64,000 bases of DNA from Camelus ferus (Eukaryota): positions 29,946,001-30,010,000 of the forward strand of contig NC_045715.1 of the NCBI RefSeq assembly GCF_009834535.1. Reading direction: 5' to 3'. Position 1 is the first letter of the stretch, and each line of letters starts with the position of its first letter. Of the stretch, positions 11,040 through 21,760 are shown one piece after another. Both the position numbers and the translations under genes were made by a program. Under the pieces are notes generated by a model, which had not been told where the DNA came from, made no database searches, and saw nothing but the letters and a program-made list of their open reading frames with translations.

Positions 11040-11210
11040 AGCACTTCCCCTGGCAGAGCATTTATCTCTCTGTATTGTAATTTCCTGTTTACTCCTGTCT
11101 CCCAACTGACCGTACAGCCAGGGCAGGACTGTCTTTGTCACTGACGTATTTCGAGTGCCTGCACGTATGTATGGACACTAAATAGGCTTGTTGATCAAGG
11201 AAAGGGATAA
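11040..11210 (+). mobile_element. L2 3' remnant
   Basis: gggcaggactgtctttgtcactgacgtatt...gtgcctgcacgtatgtatggacactaaatagg resembles the L2 terminus. Confidence 0.55.
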
Positions 11211-12249
11211 CTCTCCCGGCTAATGTGACCACTCCCCACTTTGAACCTTCAAAGCTCTCCATCAGGGATGCCTCCTGGAGGGCCACAGTGGCCCTGCTGG
11301 AAATGGCACGCTCTTGGAGACCCAAGATGTGCAAACTCCTTCACCTCAGCTGTCCTCCCACCACCTTCTTCCAACTGCCACCGAGGTGCTCTCTGAACCG
11401 CAGTTTACTCATCGGTCCAGAGAAGGAAATGCTTGGGGAAAATTATAAGAACTTACCTCCAGTGGTACTGGGATGTATATTCCCCCAAGCCCACAATTCC
11501 AGGTCCACCAAGCATTCTTGGAATGAGGTTTTTGATCCCTTCCCTCATAGTTTCAGAATTCCCTCACCAAGAGAGATGGGGGTGAAGGAGGGGAGGGAAG
11601 AGGCCAGCCTGGGTTGGGGAGAAGAGAGATAAGGAGAGTTTGGCTGGGCCCTTCTGGGTCTGTGGCTCAGGGGGCAGGCTGTGCTACCTGGGTGGCTATG
11701 GAGGTGGTGTGGCCAGGTCACCTCCACATGAGTAGCTTCCCTGGCCTTCCTCCTGTACCTGTCCTGTTCTCACTTCCCAGATGCCAATCTCATCCCTGGC
11801 ACAAAGCACTGTGGGGGCCAGAGAAGGGAGGGGGGCAGAAAGAGGCCAGCTCTGGACACCCATGGAAAGACTGAGGGCAGAAAGGAGGATGTCCCTCAGG
11901 GGAGAGCTAGAAGCAAGAGGCCTGCCGCCCCCCACACCATGCTCCCTAACTGTTAGGCCACACTGCCTTTACTTCCAGAAGGCCAGAAATTGTAGGACGC
12001 TGGGAAGAAAGAGAGGGCAAAAGATGAAGAGAGGTAGGGAAGTCGAGGTGAAGGGGACCAATACATGCTCCACTGTTATAAGAATGATATGCAGAATAAA
12101 AATAGGATGCAGAGGGTATTTTGCCATATTTCCTTTAGCTTTCTTCACTTTTTTTTTTTTTTTTTTTTAAGGGATAATACATTACAGAGACAGCTATAAT
12201 CCCCTCCCCTACCTGTGGACCATCATTTCCTGTCCCTTCTCCCTTAGAG

Positions 12250-14300
12250 GGAGCCGTTCTCCTGAAGTCCTGTTCCTACTCTTACTATATGGGCATATGC
12301 GGGTATGGATCCACAAAAATATATACTACTGCTCTTGTGTTTTAAATTTTTACATATGTGGCATAATTTGGCTTTTCCCACTTGGTTTTGTCTTAACATC
12401 ATGCTTTTGAAACTTATCCCAGTTGATACAAGAGTTAGTGTATTCATTTCATCTGCTATGTATCTTTTTTTTTAATTGAAGTGTATTTGATTTACAATGT
12501 TGTGTTAGTTGCTGGTGTACAGCATAGAGATTCAGTTATACGTATATGTAGATATTCTTTTTCATTATAGGTTATTACAAGGTATTGATTATAGTTCCTG
12601 TGCTGTACAGTGGGATCTTGTCATCTATCTATTTTATATGTAGTAGTTTGTATCTGCTAACCCCAAACTCCTAATTTATCCCTCCCCTCCTCTTTCCCCT
12701 TTGGTAACCGTAAGTTTGTTTTCTATGTCTGTAAGTCTGTTTCGGTTTTGTAAATAAGTTCATTTGCGTCATTTTTTTCTTTGAAATTCCACATGTAAGT
12801 GATATCATATATTTGTTTTTGTCTGACTTTATACTATTCCATTTTGATTAAGTTTATGATTCTGTTCTTCTGTTGGACATTGAAATTGTTTCCAGGTTTT
12901 TTTGTTGGTGATGGTGGTGGTGAGTTTTTTCAGTTTTTAAATTTTTATTATTATTTTTTTTTCTCAAGGCTTATTTGTTTATTTTTATTGACGTATAGTC
13001 AGTTACAGTGGGTCAGTTTCTGGTGCACAGCACCACGTCTTTGTTGTTGCTATTACAAAAACCATGAATGGACATCCTTACACACGTCTCCCTGTGCACA
13101 TCTGTGAGAATTCCTCTAGAGCCACACCTAGAAGTAGAATTGCCAAGTTCCAGAGAAATGTGTGTTTCCTGCTTTCCCAGATATTGCCACACTGCCCTCT
13201 AAAATAATTGTGCCAATTAACCCTCCACGCAGTATTCCAGGGGTGTGTAATTAGAGCTTTTTCCAGAGTTTGTACTTCCCCATAAGCTAGTGTGGATAAA
13301 TAGCTTTTCATATTTATGGACCAGTCATGTTTCCTCTTCAGGAAACGATCCACCCAAATCCTTTGTTCACTTTTCCGCGGTGTGGGGGTATGTGGGTGTG
13401 TGTGTCTGCATGTGTGTGTGTCCTTCTCTTATTGATTATAACAGTTCTTTATTTATGATTGACACTAAATCTTTTTCAGTTTTGTGGATTGCAAATTTCT
13501 TCTCCCAGTCTGTGGGGACTGGTCTTCCACTTTGTAGCAGATGTTTTTAATGGAGAGTTTTTGAGTTAATATTGAAGCTGGGTGATTGCTATCTGGGGGG
13601 CCATTATACTATTTTCTCTGCTTCTTTGTAGTTTTGAAAATTATATTAACAAATATTTTTGTAAAAATCTATAAAACAAATAATTCTCTACTCTCCAAAA
13701 TTCCTTCAGATCAGCTCCTATATACATAGTTTTACTTTCCACATTTGGGTCTCTAATGCTACTGGAATTTATTTTTGTGGTTGGTGTGCCAGAGGATCAA
13801 ATATTCTCTTTCCCTCATGGATGGCCAACTATCCTGGCTCTATTTTTGACTCTGAATGTCCCTTCTCCTCTGACCAGAAATTTCCCCTCTGCCCCAAATA
13901 TCCTTGGGTCTCTTTCTAAGCTCTCTATTCTGTTCCTTTAGTCACTGTCTCACATCTTGCGGCACTGTTTTAATTCCCATGTTACCAGACTGGCCAGAAT
14001 GGTATCTGTAGAGCCAGATGGATTTTCCCCTCTTCTTTTTCTTCTTCAGATTGACTTGGCTATTCTTGGCCCTTTTTCCTTCCATGTAAGTTTTATGATC
14101 AGCTTACCCAATTCCAGAAAGGAAAAAACCTAATACTGTTGGGTTAATTGGAATCTCACTGAATTTCCAGATTAATCTGGGGGAGAACCAACATCTTTCT
14201 AGCACAATAGCTTCCTGCCATTACCTGGGCACATCTCTCCATGTGTGAGGTCTTTTTTTGGTCCCTACATAAAATTTTTCTTTTCTCCATTAGGGTCTTG
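12250..14300 (-). mobile_element. Cluster of antisense LINE-1 fragments (old L1M plus a younger L1 3' end at about 12465-12815)
   Basis: 12465-12815 is very similar to the L1 3' ends at 4150-4510 and 39600-39960; flanks carry degenerate L1 text. Confidence 0.75.
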
Positions 14301-15988
14301 CTCAGTCTCTGTTAGATTTGTCCTTGGGACCCACAGGGTTTACTGCTCTCCGTGCCGCCCCCTGACATCAGCTGTGCCAGGCATGTCCCTCCTCACCCCC
14401 TCCCCCAGCACCTTCATCCAGCCTTCCTCCCACTGTCCAGGGAGCAGCTGTCCTGCTCCAACAGCTGACTGTTCCTGTGAGGCCTCGCCAGCATGGACAA
14501 GGCGCCCACCTCCCGCCTTGGGACCTGTCAGCTGAGTCTGGGGAGAGGGACAATTGTTTCAGTGGGGACAATGAGCTGCATTCTACACAGCACCCCCCAC
14601 CCCCGCCAGAGCAGCTGTCCTTGTGGGCAGGGTGGGTCCCCACCTGTCAGCTCTAGTTGCTCTTTCAGGCAACATCCCCTTCCTGGACCCATTTTTTCTC
14701 TTCGTGTCTTATGATCCTGTCTAGTGTGTGTCCTGTGGCCCAATTGCCTGTTCATGGGTCCATCATTGCCTGGAACTGGTGGGCACAGGAATGGTGGTCA
14801 TTGGTAAGGGACTGTCCCTCTCGAGGGGAGGAGCGTTCTCTCAGTTGTCACCCCATTCAGGCCTCAGATCCTCACAACAGCCCCACTCAGGGTCCCAGGC
14901 AGAGAGATGCGAGGATAGGTGACAGGGCTGAGCTCCCAATTCCAAGCTGGAATTCCGCCTTGCCCGGCCGACTCCTCCGATGCCTGGCTGGCCTCCACCC
15001 CTGCTCCTCAGGGCCTGCTCCCCTCAGCTCTCCCTGCCTCTTCTCAGAGTCCTTACTTGCGGGTCAGCACTGCCCTCAACTCCCCGCAACTGGGAAGGGC
15101 TGGGACCAGTGCTGATTCCCCAGGGGTGATACGGGGCGCCAGAACATGGTAGAGCCAGAGCCCAGGCCTCCATTGCTTCTTTGGGTGTTAACTGAACCCC
15201 AGCGCCCACTCTCAGTGGCTGTTCACAAGCCTCAGGGTACCTCGTAGCAGGCCTCCAAGGAGCAGCCAGTAGGGCTGGTCTCAGACATGGGGTGCTCTGG
15301 GAGGGAAAATCCACAAATGATGGAAGGAAGGAAACTCTTGTTTATTGGACACTCTCTAAAAGCCAAGCTCTGAACCTAGTAATCTCTCATCTCTTGATCC
15401 TGTCAGAAGCAGGTTCTATAATGATTCCCATTCTAGGGAGGAGGGGCACCACACAGCACAGCTCCAGGGGTCACTCCTGTCCGCAGTGGTGCAGCATGCC
15501 ATCTGGTCTGCCCAGGTATCAGAGCAGCCCTGAGAGGGTCCCAGAGCCGCCGTGTGAATCCAGGTCAGCGTGACCATCGGGGGCACGCTGCATCTCCCTG
15601 CGCAGGTCAGAGCAGAGGGAGCGGCCCGTGTGGTAGAGAGCTCTGGACCCCTGGATGGAGACCAGCAGAAGCAGGTGGGAAGACCCGGAGGCCCAGTACT
15701 AGCAGGGCTCATGAGAACCCATCAGCTCTATTACAGCTGTCGGTCTGCCCGTCTGTTTATCTGTCATGCTGCTGACTCCTGGACGCTTGTCCTGTGTCCT
15801 CGGCACCACGCACATGCTTGTTGTTAACATGAATGACCCAATATACGATGTCTGTGCATGGGGGTGGTGGGGGTGCCCAGGACACATCTGGGCAGCCCTG
15901 AGAATCAGGGAGTGGACCAGGGAGGAGGACCTCAGTGGTTATAAGTTGGCACTCAGATACTTTAAAAAAAATTAATTAACTTTTTGCA

Positions 15989-16096
15989 GGGGGAGGTAAT
16001 TAGGTTCATTTATTTATTTTTAGTGGAGGTATCAGGAATTGAACCCAGGACCTCCTGCAAGCTAAGCACACACTACCACTGACCTACACCCTCCCC
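15989..16096 (-). mobile_element. tRNA-derived camelid-type SINE
   Basis: ggggaggtaattaggtt..tttatttatttttagtggaggtatcaggaattgaacccaggacctc...ctacaccctcccc. Confidence 0.9.
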
Positions 16097-16977
16097 CTCC
16101 TTTTTTTTTTTTTTTTTTTTATTGTCTTTGAGGAACAGAAGATTTGGCCAATTTCCTTCCCAGCCAGTGGAGGGTTGAGGGCAGAGGTCAGGGCCATGCA
16201 GGCAGGATCCATTACACGAGGCAAAATCAGGAACTAGAAGAAACTGCTCTCTGGCAGCTTTGTTACCAGAAGGGATGGCTGTCTTTCCAGGAAAGGCTGA
16301 GGAAATCCTTAGCAGAGCTGTAGGTTTTCTGCCTTGGGTCAGTCAGGCCAGGGTGGGGAGGGGTGGGTGTCGGGTGGGTTTAATCCCAGGTGAGGATGGG
16401 AAGGAGATGAAGGGAATTAATCCCAGGAGGGAATGGAGGGGTGGGGGCGGCTAGAGAATAAACTAAAACCAAATCCAGGCCCCAGACCCCTCCCCGACCT
16501 CCCTTCCCAATCCCTTCTGCGGTTTCCCATTGTCAGGGGAGACGGCATCCTGTTTCCTTTACCTGCTCCAGGCCCTTGGAGCCCTTCACTGTTTACTCAG
16601 GGCAAGGATGAGACAGGAGTCTGGCCCCAGGCCCAGGGTCCAAGGATCTCACAGCTGGAAGATCCCACAGCAGCAGAAACTGAGCTGGGAGGGGTGGGGC
16701 GTGATTCACCCAAGGCACAGCTACTTCAGATCTGGGGCAGCACTTGGTGGGACGTCCATGGTTCCCTCGAGATTATATAATTTGGAGAATCCCAGAGAGA
16801 ACCTGACTTCCCCTCCCGTACGCTCAGTGTGGTCAATTCCTCCCCTCTAAGCGGCTCTGTCCAGGTGTCCTTAGGGCTCCCACACACATCCTGGGAATGT
16901 GTTTGGATCCACAGAGCTCTGGGGCTCAGGAGCACAGGCTCCAGGATAAGCAGGCCTGGGTTGGATCCCATCACAGA

Positions 16978-17870
16978 ACCTTTATTCATTCTTACAACAA
17001 ATGTCTATTTGCTGTCTAAGTGCTGGGGACACAGCAGAAGATAAAATACATATAAGTGCCTACTCTCATGGAGTTTACACTAGCGAGGGAGGCAGATAAT
17101 CAGCAAGATAAGGAAGGAAGATATCTGATGAGATACAGCCTGTCAGAAGGATTTGCTGAGGAGACAAAGCAGAGGTAGGGATGGAGGGAAAGCAGCAGGA
17201 GATGGGGTAGAGGGAATGTGCTGTTAAATAGGATGGATGGATAATATTTGGGCAAAGACTTAAAAGAGGTGAGAGATGGAGCCCTGTGGATAACTGGAGA
17301 CTGAGCCATATAGGCAGGAGCAATAGTAGGTGCAAAGGCCCTGGGGCAGAAGCACATCTGGCACAGTTAAGGAACAGGAGGCCAGTGTGGCTAGAGAAGA
17401 GTGAAAGAGGCAAGGACTAGAAGTTGAATCAGGAAGCCAGGGGGAGGTCAGACATCCAAGGCCTTACAGGTCACAATTAAAGCCTTTGACTATAACTCTG
17501 AATGAAAAGGGAGCCATTGGACAGTTTCAGCAGAAAAAGGACAGGCTCTGACTCATGATCTTATAAAGATCATTCTGGTCATTGTGTGGAAAAGAGAAAC
17601 AGAAACACCAGTTAGGGGGCTACTACAATAATTCAGGAGAAAAATGACAAATGCTCAGACAAGGGTAACCAAGGTGGCATTGGCGAGAAGTGGTGAGATT
17701 CTGAATATTTTGAAAGCAGAGCCACCAGGATTTACTAATGTGGGTAGTGAACTGTAATAAGAGAGAGGTTAAGGATGACTTTGAGGATTTTGTCCAGAGT
17801 AATTAGAAAGATGCAGTTGCCACTTACAGAGGTGGGAAAGCCTGAGGGAGGGGCAGGTCTGCGGGAAGTG
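16978..17870 (-). mobile_element. L2 LINE fragment
   Basis: ttattcattcttacaacaaatgtctatt..gtgctggggacacagcag..., ggaggccagtgtggctagag, attctgaatattttgaaagcagagccaccagga; typical antisense L2. Confidence 0.8.
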
Positions 17871-17894
17871 GCGGGGAGACCAGGCCATTTACCT

Positions 17895-18050
17895 GCTCTG
17901 TGATTGTGATTCAGGATAGGTTGCTTAACCCCTCTAAACCTCAGTTTCCTTATCTGTACAAAGGTCATAATAGTCGCTCCCCTGCAGAGCGGTGGTGAGA
18001 ATTGAGATCATGAATTCACAGGCTTGATGCATATACGAACTCAATGCACA
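17895..18050 (+). mobile_element. MIR remnant
   Basis: ggttgcttaacccctctaaacctcagtttccttatctgtacaaagg. Confidence 0.8.
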
Positions 18051-18407
18051 TCCCACCCACAGCCCAGGGATGACACCGGCCATCACAGCTCCTCAGGAGG
18101 GGACAGAAAGGAAGGGAAGACGCCACCTATACATCTGTACTCTAGCTCCTCTCCCCGCTTTGTCCAGGTAGAAAGGGGATAGACCTTTTTGACAAAATTA
18201 GAAGTTTTCTTTCTTCAAGGTCTTTATGATTTGGGAGATGGTGATAATACTAATGGCAGATGGTGGTGGGATGATGATAAACAAATATATGCCCATGACC
18301 TTGCCCTTACAAAGCACTTTCATGGCCATTATCTCATCTGAGTCCAGCAAGGCAGAAATTATACCCGTTTTATGAAGTAGAAGAATGAGGTATTTAAAAA
18401 TAAAATA

Positions 18408-18519
18408 GGGGAAGGATATAGCTCAGTGGCAGAGTATGTACTTAGCATGTACAAGGTCCTGAGCTCAATCGCCAGTATCTCCATTAAATAAATAGATAAA
18501 TAAACCTAATTACCTCCCC
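18408..18519 (+). mobile_element. tRNA-derived camelid-type SINE, full length
   Basis: ggggaaggatatagctcagtggcagag...ccattaaataaatagataaataaacctaattacctcccc. Confidence 0.9.
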
Positions 18520-18683
18520 TTCCCCCCTAAAAAATTGAGTAAAAACAAAATAAAACAAACCCCGATGGTCTCTACCTCAATACCTCGTGGAACCTTATTT
18601 AATCTTCAGGAGGGAAAGTGGGTGAAGATCTTTGGGTCCTGACATGGGTATCTCACTTCCTGTCCCTGAGTGGGAGTGCCACC

Positions 18684-19063
18684 CAGCTGTGTCCAGCTGG
18701 GCCCAGCTATGAGATGAACTGTGACCCAAAATGCCTGTCCTGGTCCTATTCTGTCTGGACCACTCTGAGCATGCCCAGTGTGTGGGCTGCAGCCTTATTG
18801 CTTCTGAGGTTTTGGGTCAGTGGGTCTCATATACTGTCCCCTTCTAGTTACTCCTTCCAGTGACTGCCAGTTACTAAGGTAACAGACCAGGGGACTGGAA
18901 CCCAGGAGAATCAATGTGCCTCAGATCACACCATTAGAAAGGACAGTCTGGTTCCAACTCTGAGGTCTGCACCCAGTGGGAAGAATTCCTGCATATGTTC
19001 CTTCCAATGCTTCCAGCCCAGCTGCCCCCTCCCCTCCATATACCAGGTGCCAGAACACAGCTG
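18684..19063 (+). promoter_or_regulatory. MYMX promoter E-boxes (MyoD/myogenin type)
   Basis: CAGCTG at 18684, 18694, 19019, 19058 and CAGGTG at 19044, upstream of a candidate exon-1 donor (ctg|GTGAGA at 19208). MYMX is known to be MyoD-driven through promoter E-boxes. Confidence 0.6.
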
Positions 19064-19719
19064 TCTCTTCCAGGCTTCCCCAACCCAGGCAAGCTGTCCT
19101 AGGGTGGGGCTTAGCTGGGTGGGGCAGCCCTGGAGAGTGTCCAGTGAGACTGTGTCCCCCGCAGGCAAATTCAGCCAGACTTTGATGCTGAGCAGCAGTT
19201 CTGACTGGTGAGAGCTGCTGCCTGTCGGGGGGTGGGGGGTGGGGTGGGAGACTGCACTGGGAGCGTACGAAGTGTCAGGTCCCAGTGGATCAAGGGCCCT
19301 GAAAAGAAAACTTAGAATTGCCCAGGGAAGAACTCCTGCTGGATTGACGGAGAGGGATTAAGGACTCCCAGGTGACTGAGGGTGTGCATGAGGAGGGGGT
19401 GACTAGAGGAGGGGAGGTTTCAGGGGACAGTAGAAGCCCCTGGAGGCTGAGAATGGTGAGCTGTAGGTCTCAGTTCCTGCTTTACTCTTGCCTTGGCTCC
19501 CTGTCTCCATCTGTGCTATGGTTCCTGCCCCAGCCACCTTGCCCAGAGAAAGGGCTTCAGGAAAGCAAAAATGACCCATGAATTGAGATCTGGGAGTGGG
19601 AGGGTGTAAACTGAAAGAAGAGGCTTAAATCTTGCCCACCCCATGTCTTTGCCAGGTGAGGAGGGAGCGGGAAAGGCAAGTCTAGAGTCTGGATCACCTT
19701 GAAAGTCACTGCCCTGGCC

Positions 19720-19977
19720 ATGCCCGCTCCGCTGCTTCCGCTGCTGCTGCTGCGAACACTGCTGGCCCGCCTGCTGATGCCAGCTGTCCGCCTGGCCCGC
19801 CGGCACCTCCTGCCCTTGCTGCGCCGGCTGGCCCGTCGCCTGGGCTCCCAGGATATGCGAGAGGCTTTGCTGGGCTGTCTGTTGTTCATCCTCAGCCAGA
19901 GACATCAGCCAGATGCCGGGGAGCCCTCCAAAGTAGCCCGCCTAGAGAGGAGGGAGAGGCTAGCCCCCCAGAAATAA
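19720..19977 (+). CDS. MYMX: Myomixer (Minion/Myomerger), myoblast fusion microprotein, 85 aa, single coding exon
   Basis: [85 protein letters not shown]: hydrophobic N-terminus, basic amphipathic helix, conserved ALLGCLL (AxLyCxL) motif; lies between CAPN11 and SLC29A1 as in human. Confidence 0.97.
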   Translation: MPAPLLPLLLLRTLLARLLMPAVRLARRHLLPLLRRLARRLGSQDMREALLGCLLFILSQRHQPDAGEPSKVARLERRERLAPQK

Positions 19978-20412
19978 GGCCATGAATCCTGGGAGCAGCT
20001 GTATCCATCAAAAAGCTTTCTTTTGGAGTAAGACTGTCCTGCCACCATCACTGACTGCAGCCTGCCCAGTGGGCCAAAGACATGGTGGGGGACTGAGCAT
20101 GAGAAGGGTTTGTCCAGGACACGCCTCCCTACTCCCAGCAGAAATGATGGGTAGGATGTTGTGCATTTAGCAGAAAATCAATCCTTATCCCTCCCTCCCT
20201 GCATTCTTCTCAAGAGCTTGTCAACCACCTCTGGCCTCTGGGAGGAGAGGAATTGACTGGGGACTTGAGGTCCAATGAGGGACAATGCCTGACCCAGGGA
20301 CAATTCAGTTAATCCAGACTGTCTTTGACTCGGGATTTACCTTAAAGTAATAAGACTTTGGTTCCTTTGGAAGTCAGTCTTGCTCCCAAAGCCCAGCACA
20401 CACCAGGTGCTC

Positions 20413-20418
20413 AATAAA
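20413..20418 (+). terminator. Probable MYMX poly(A) signal AATAAA, inside an L2/MIR-type terminus
   Basis: First AATAAA after the MYMX stop (436 nt downstream); context gcccagcacacaccaggtgctcAATAAAtacttgttggtttgaat. Confidence 0.6.
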
Positions 20419-21099
20419 TACTTGTTGGTTTGAATTCTTGGGATGCCTTTGAAAGTCTTGTCACACCCCTGCACTGCAAGACAGTCTAACCTGTCCAGAG
20501 GGCAGGAGTTGGGAAACAACGCAAGGCTTCCTTTTGCTACCCATTCCATTGCCCCTCTCAGTCCACATCTCCTGGAAGCTGTTTCTCCTGTCTAACTTGA
20601 GTCCATATATCACACTGTGACCCATTCGTCTTGGGTCTGGCTCGCCGGCACAAGGTAAGGAGGTAGACATCCTCAAGCCAGAGTGGAGACTCTTCTCAGC
20701 CAGTGGAGTGGGAAGAGGGAGATTTGTTTCCTCAGGGACCCTGTGGGCAGTCACCCAGCGGAGCAGTGTAAAAATGCATACTCCTGAGGGGCACTCTACC
20801 CAGGGTGGGATCTAGAGGGTGTCAGGTGGGTAGGGTGTGACCTGAGGAATTCTCATCGTTTCCCCTTCCCAGCGGGAGGCCCCTCGGGGTCAGAAGAGAG
20901 CTGTGGGAGGTATTTGCATGCCAGCCTCGGATAATTTGCTTACTGTTCCTATTCAATACTCCTCCTTCCCCCCTTCCCCCAGCGAGTCCTGGGCTCTCGG
21001 TTCAGTGGGGGAGAATGAGGAATACAGGCCCCGTTCAGGACCCTGAACCCGTCAGCATGCCCGAGAGAAGGTTGGTCTGGGAAGAACCGACATCAGAGC

Positions 21100-21760
21100 C
21101 ATGCGCCCGCCCCAACGCCGGCCCTGCGGGACTTTCCTCTAGACCCCAGTTTCCCCTTCCCCCCACCACCCCCGGCACCATCTGCTTCCTCTCGGAGTCT
21201 CAAAAGCCAGTGCACGTGTTCGGCCCCTTTGGGAGGGCTGCCTGGCAGGAGGGGCGGGATGAAGGGGGTTCAAGTCCTTTTTTTTCTGCTCTGGGCCTCT
21301 CCTGCCGCCGACCTCCCGGGTCGCTCCCCACTCCAGTGAGGCGCCAGGCGGGACTGATGCCGGGATCGTTGCTTGCAGCCCCTCTCCCGCCGAGCAGCAG
21401 AGACCGGTCAGACCCGGCGCGGGCTGCGATTTCCGGGTACAGGGAGGGCCCCAGCCCCGAGGTAAGGAGGCCAAATGGGAACCTGGGGCCGGCTGGCCCG
21501 GGAATTTCCGTTCCAGCTCCCCGACTCCGGATGCCACCTCCGAAGTCGCAGCAGGTGCTCAGCGAGCAGAGGCGGAGCCGCGGCGGGGGGGCGGGGGGGG
21601 TCTGTGCTGTTTTCCCCCGCGGGCGGGGCGGAGAGCGCGGTGGGCGGGGTCCTCGTGGGGTAGGGGAAATCAGTGGAGTCCGCACCTGCGGCTTCTGGCG
21701 GAGGGGGATCCTTTCTCGGACTTTGGAGGCCGCTGTTAGATGACTGCCCTACCCTAAGTA
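21100..21760 (+). promoter_or_regulatory. CpG island / distal SLC29A1 promoter with a non-coding first exon (candidate donors at 21462 and 21555)
   Basis: CpG-dense; gggctgcg...ccagccccgag...gggaatttccg...gcag|gtgctc resembles the recalled human ENT1 5'UTR. Confidence 0.65.

Noticed and set aside
18394-18403. MEF2 consensus TTAAAAATAA upstream of MYMX
   Set aside because: It sits in the A-rich target site of a SINE, where such matches are expected by chance.
19516-19905. Minus-strand ORFs of 129 and 110 aa opposite MYMX
   Set aside because: Antisense shadows of a GC-rich, Leu/Arg-rich CDS; low-complexity products.
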